Of a stretch of DNA of 64,000 bases, positions 63,862-64,000 are shown one piece after another. The position numbers were made by a program, and so were the translations under genes. Numbering within the stretch: the first letter of the stretch is position 1; each line of letters starts with the position of its first letter. Source of the DNA: Elusimicrobiota bacterium (lineage in GTDB: Bacteria; Elusimicrobiota; Elusimicrobia; UBA1565; UBA9628); contig DAIDHI010000080.1 of the NCBI GenBank assembly GCA_027452025.1, positions 58 through 64,057 on the forward strand. Reading direction: 5' to 3'. A model generated the notes under the pieces. That model was not told the DNA's origin. It searched no databases and saw only the letters and a list, made by a program, of their open reading frames with translations.

Positions 63862-64000
63862 CCTCCCCAGTATGCCCCCGGCCGCTCCCGCGGCGGCTGA
63901 GGCCAAGGGCCCATTCCCGGTTGGGACTAAAGGCCTAGGCGCGCAAGCGGCCTGCCGGCTGGCTGGCATGCTCTAAGGATAAGGGACATTCGGCGGGCCC

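Overview
This is a GC-rich, gene-dense bacterial chromosomal fragment with genes on both strands and nearly all third-codon positions G/C. That composition creates many long antisense shadow ORFs in the six-frame track, which I rejected. The organism looks diderm (TamA/TamB-like pair, small outer-membrane beta-barrels, lipoproteins), but the phylum cannot be assigned from this window. I saw no rRNA, CRISPR array, transposase or integrase.

Recognisable housekeeping content:
- Transport, central metabolism and cofactor genes: mgtA, acnA, hemL, hemB, guaB, msrA, a CbiX-like chelatase, an aldehyde dehydrogenase and two ROK kinases.
- A fused malate synthase-isocitrate lyase gene.
- tRNA-Val(CAC), and an RNase P RNA that the ORF track hides under spurious ORFs.

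Two accessory loci stand out:
- (A) 26.8-34.0 kb: a divergent cluster with a PqqD-family protein, an N-terminal-twitch-type radical SAM enzyme, a B12-binding radical SAM enzyme, three glycosyltransferases, a 2OG-Fe(II) oxygenase, and an unlisted 40-aa ORF carrying a W-x-K-P motif.
- (B) 51.9-58.6 kb: a tightly coupled operon and the best candidate for an undescribed system. It encodes a GbsR/MarR-like regulator, a polyprenyl diphosphate synthase, a PqqD-type protein, three paralogous PqqE-like radical SAM enzymes that lack SPASM cysteines, and a MenA-type prenyltransferase. It also encodes a 40-aa PqqA-like peptide, which appears in the ORF track only as the C-terminal part of a longer 63-aa ORF. 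My reading is a peptide-derived, prenylated cofactor or lipidated RiPP.

Other notable items:
- Two long AT-rich perfect or near-perfect hairpins that share GGTGTCAG/CTGACACC termini.
- Candidate leaderless divergent promoters.
- A copper-amine-oxidase homolog that appears to lack the TPQ tyrosine.
- Several genes with no canonical start codon.

All functional calls rest on motif recognition by eye. No database search was run.
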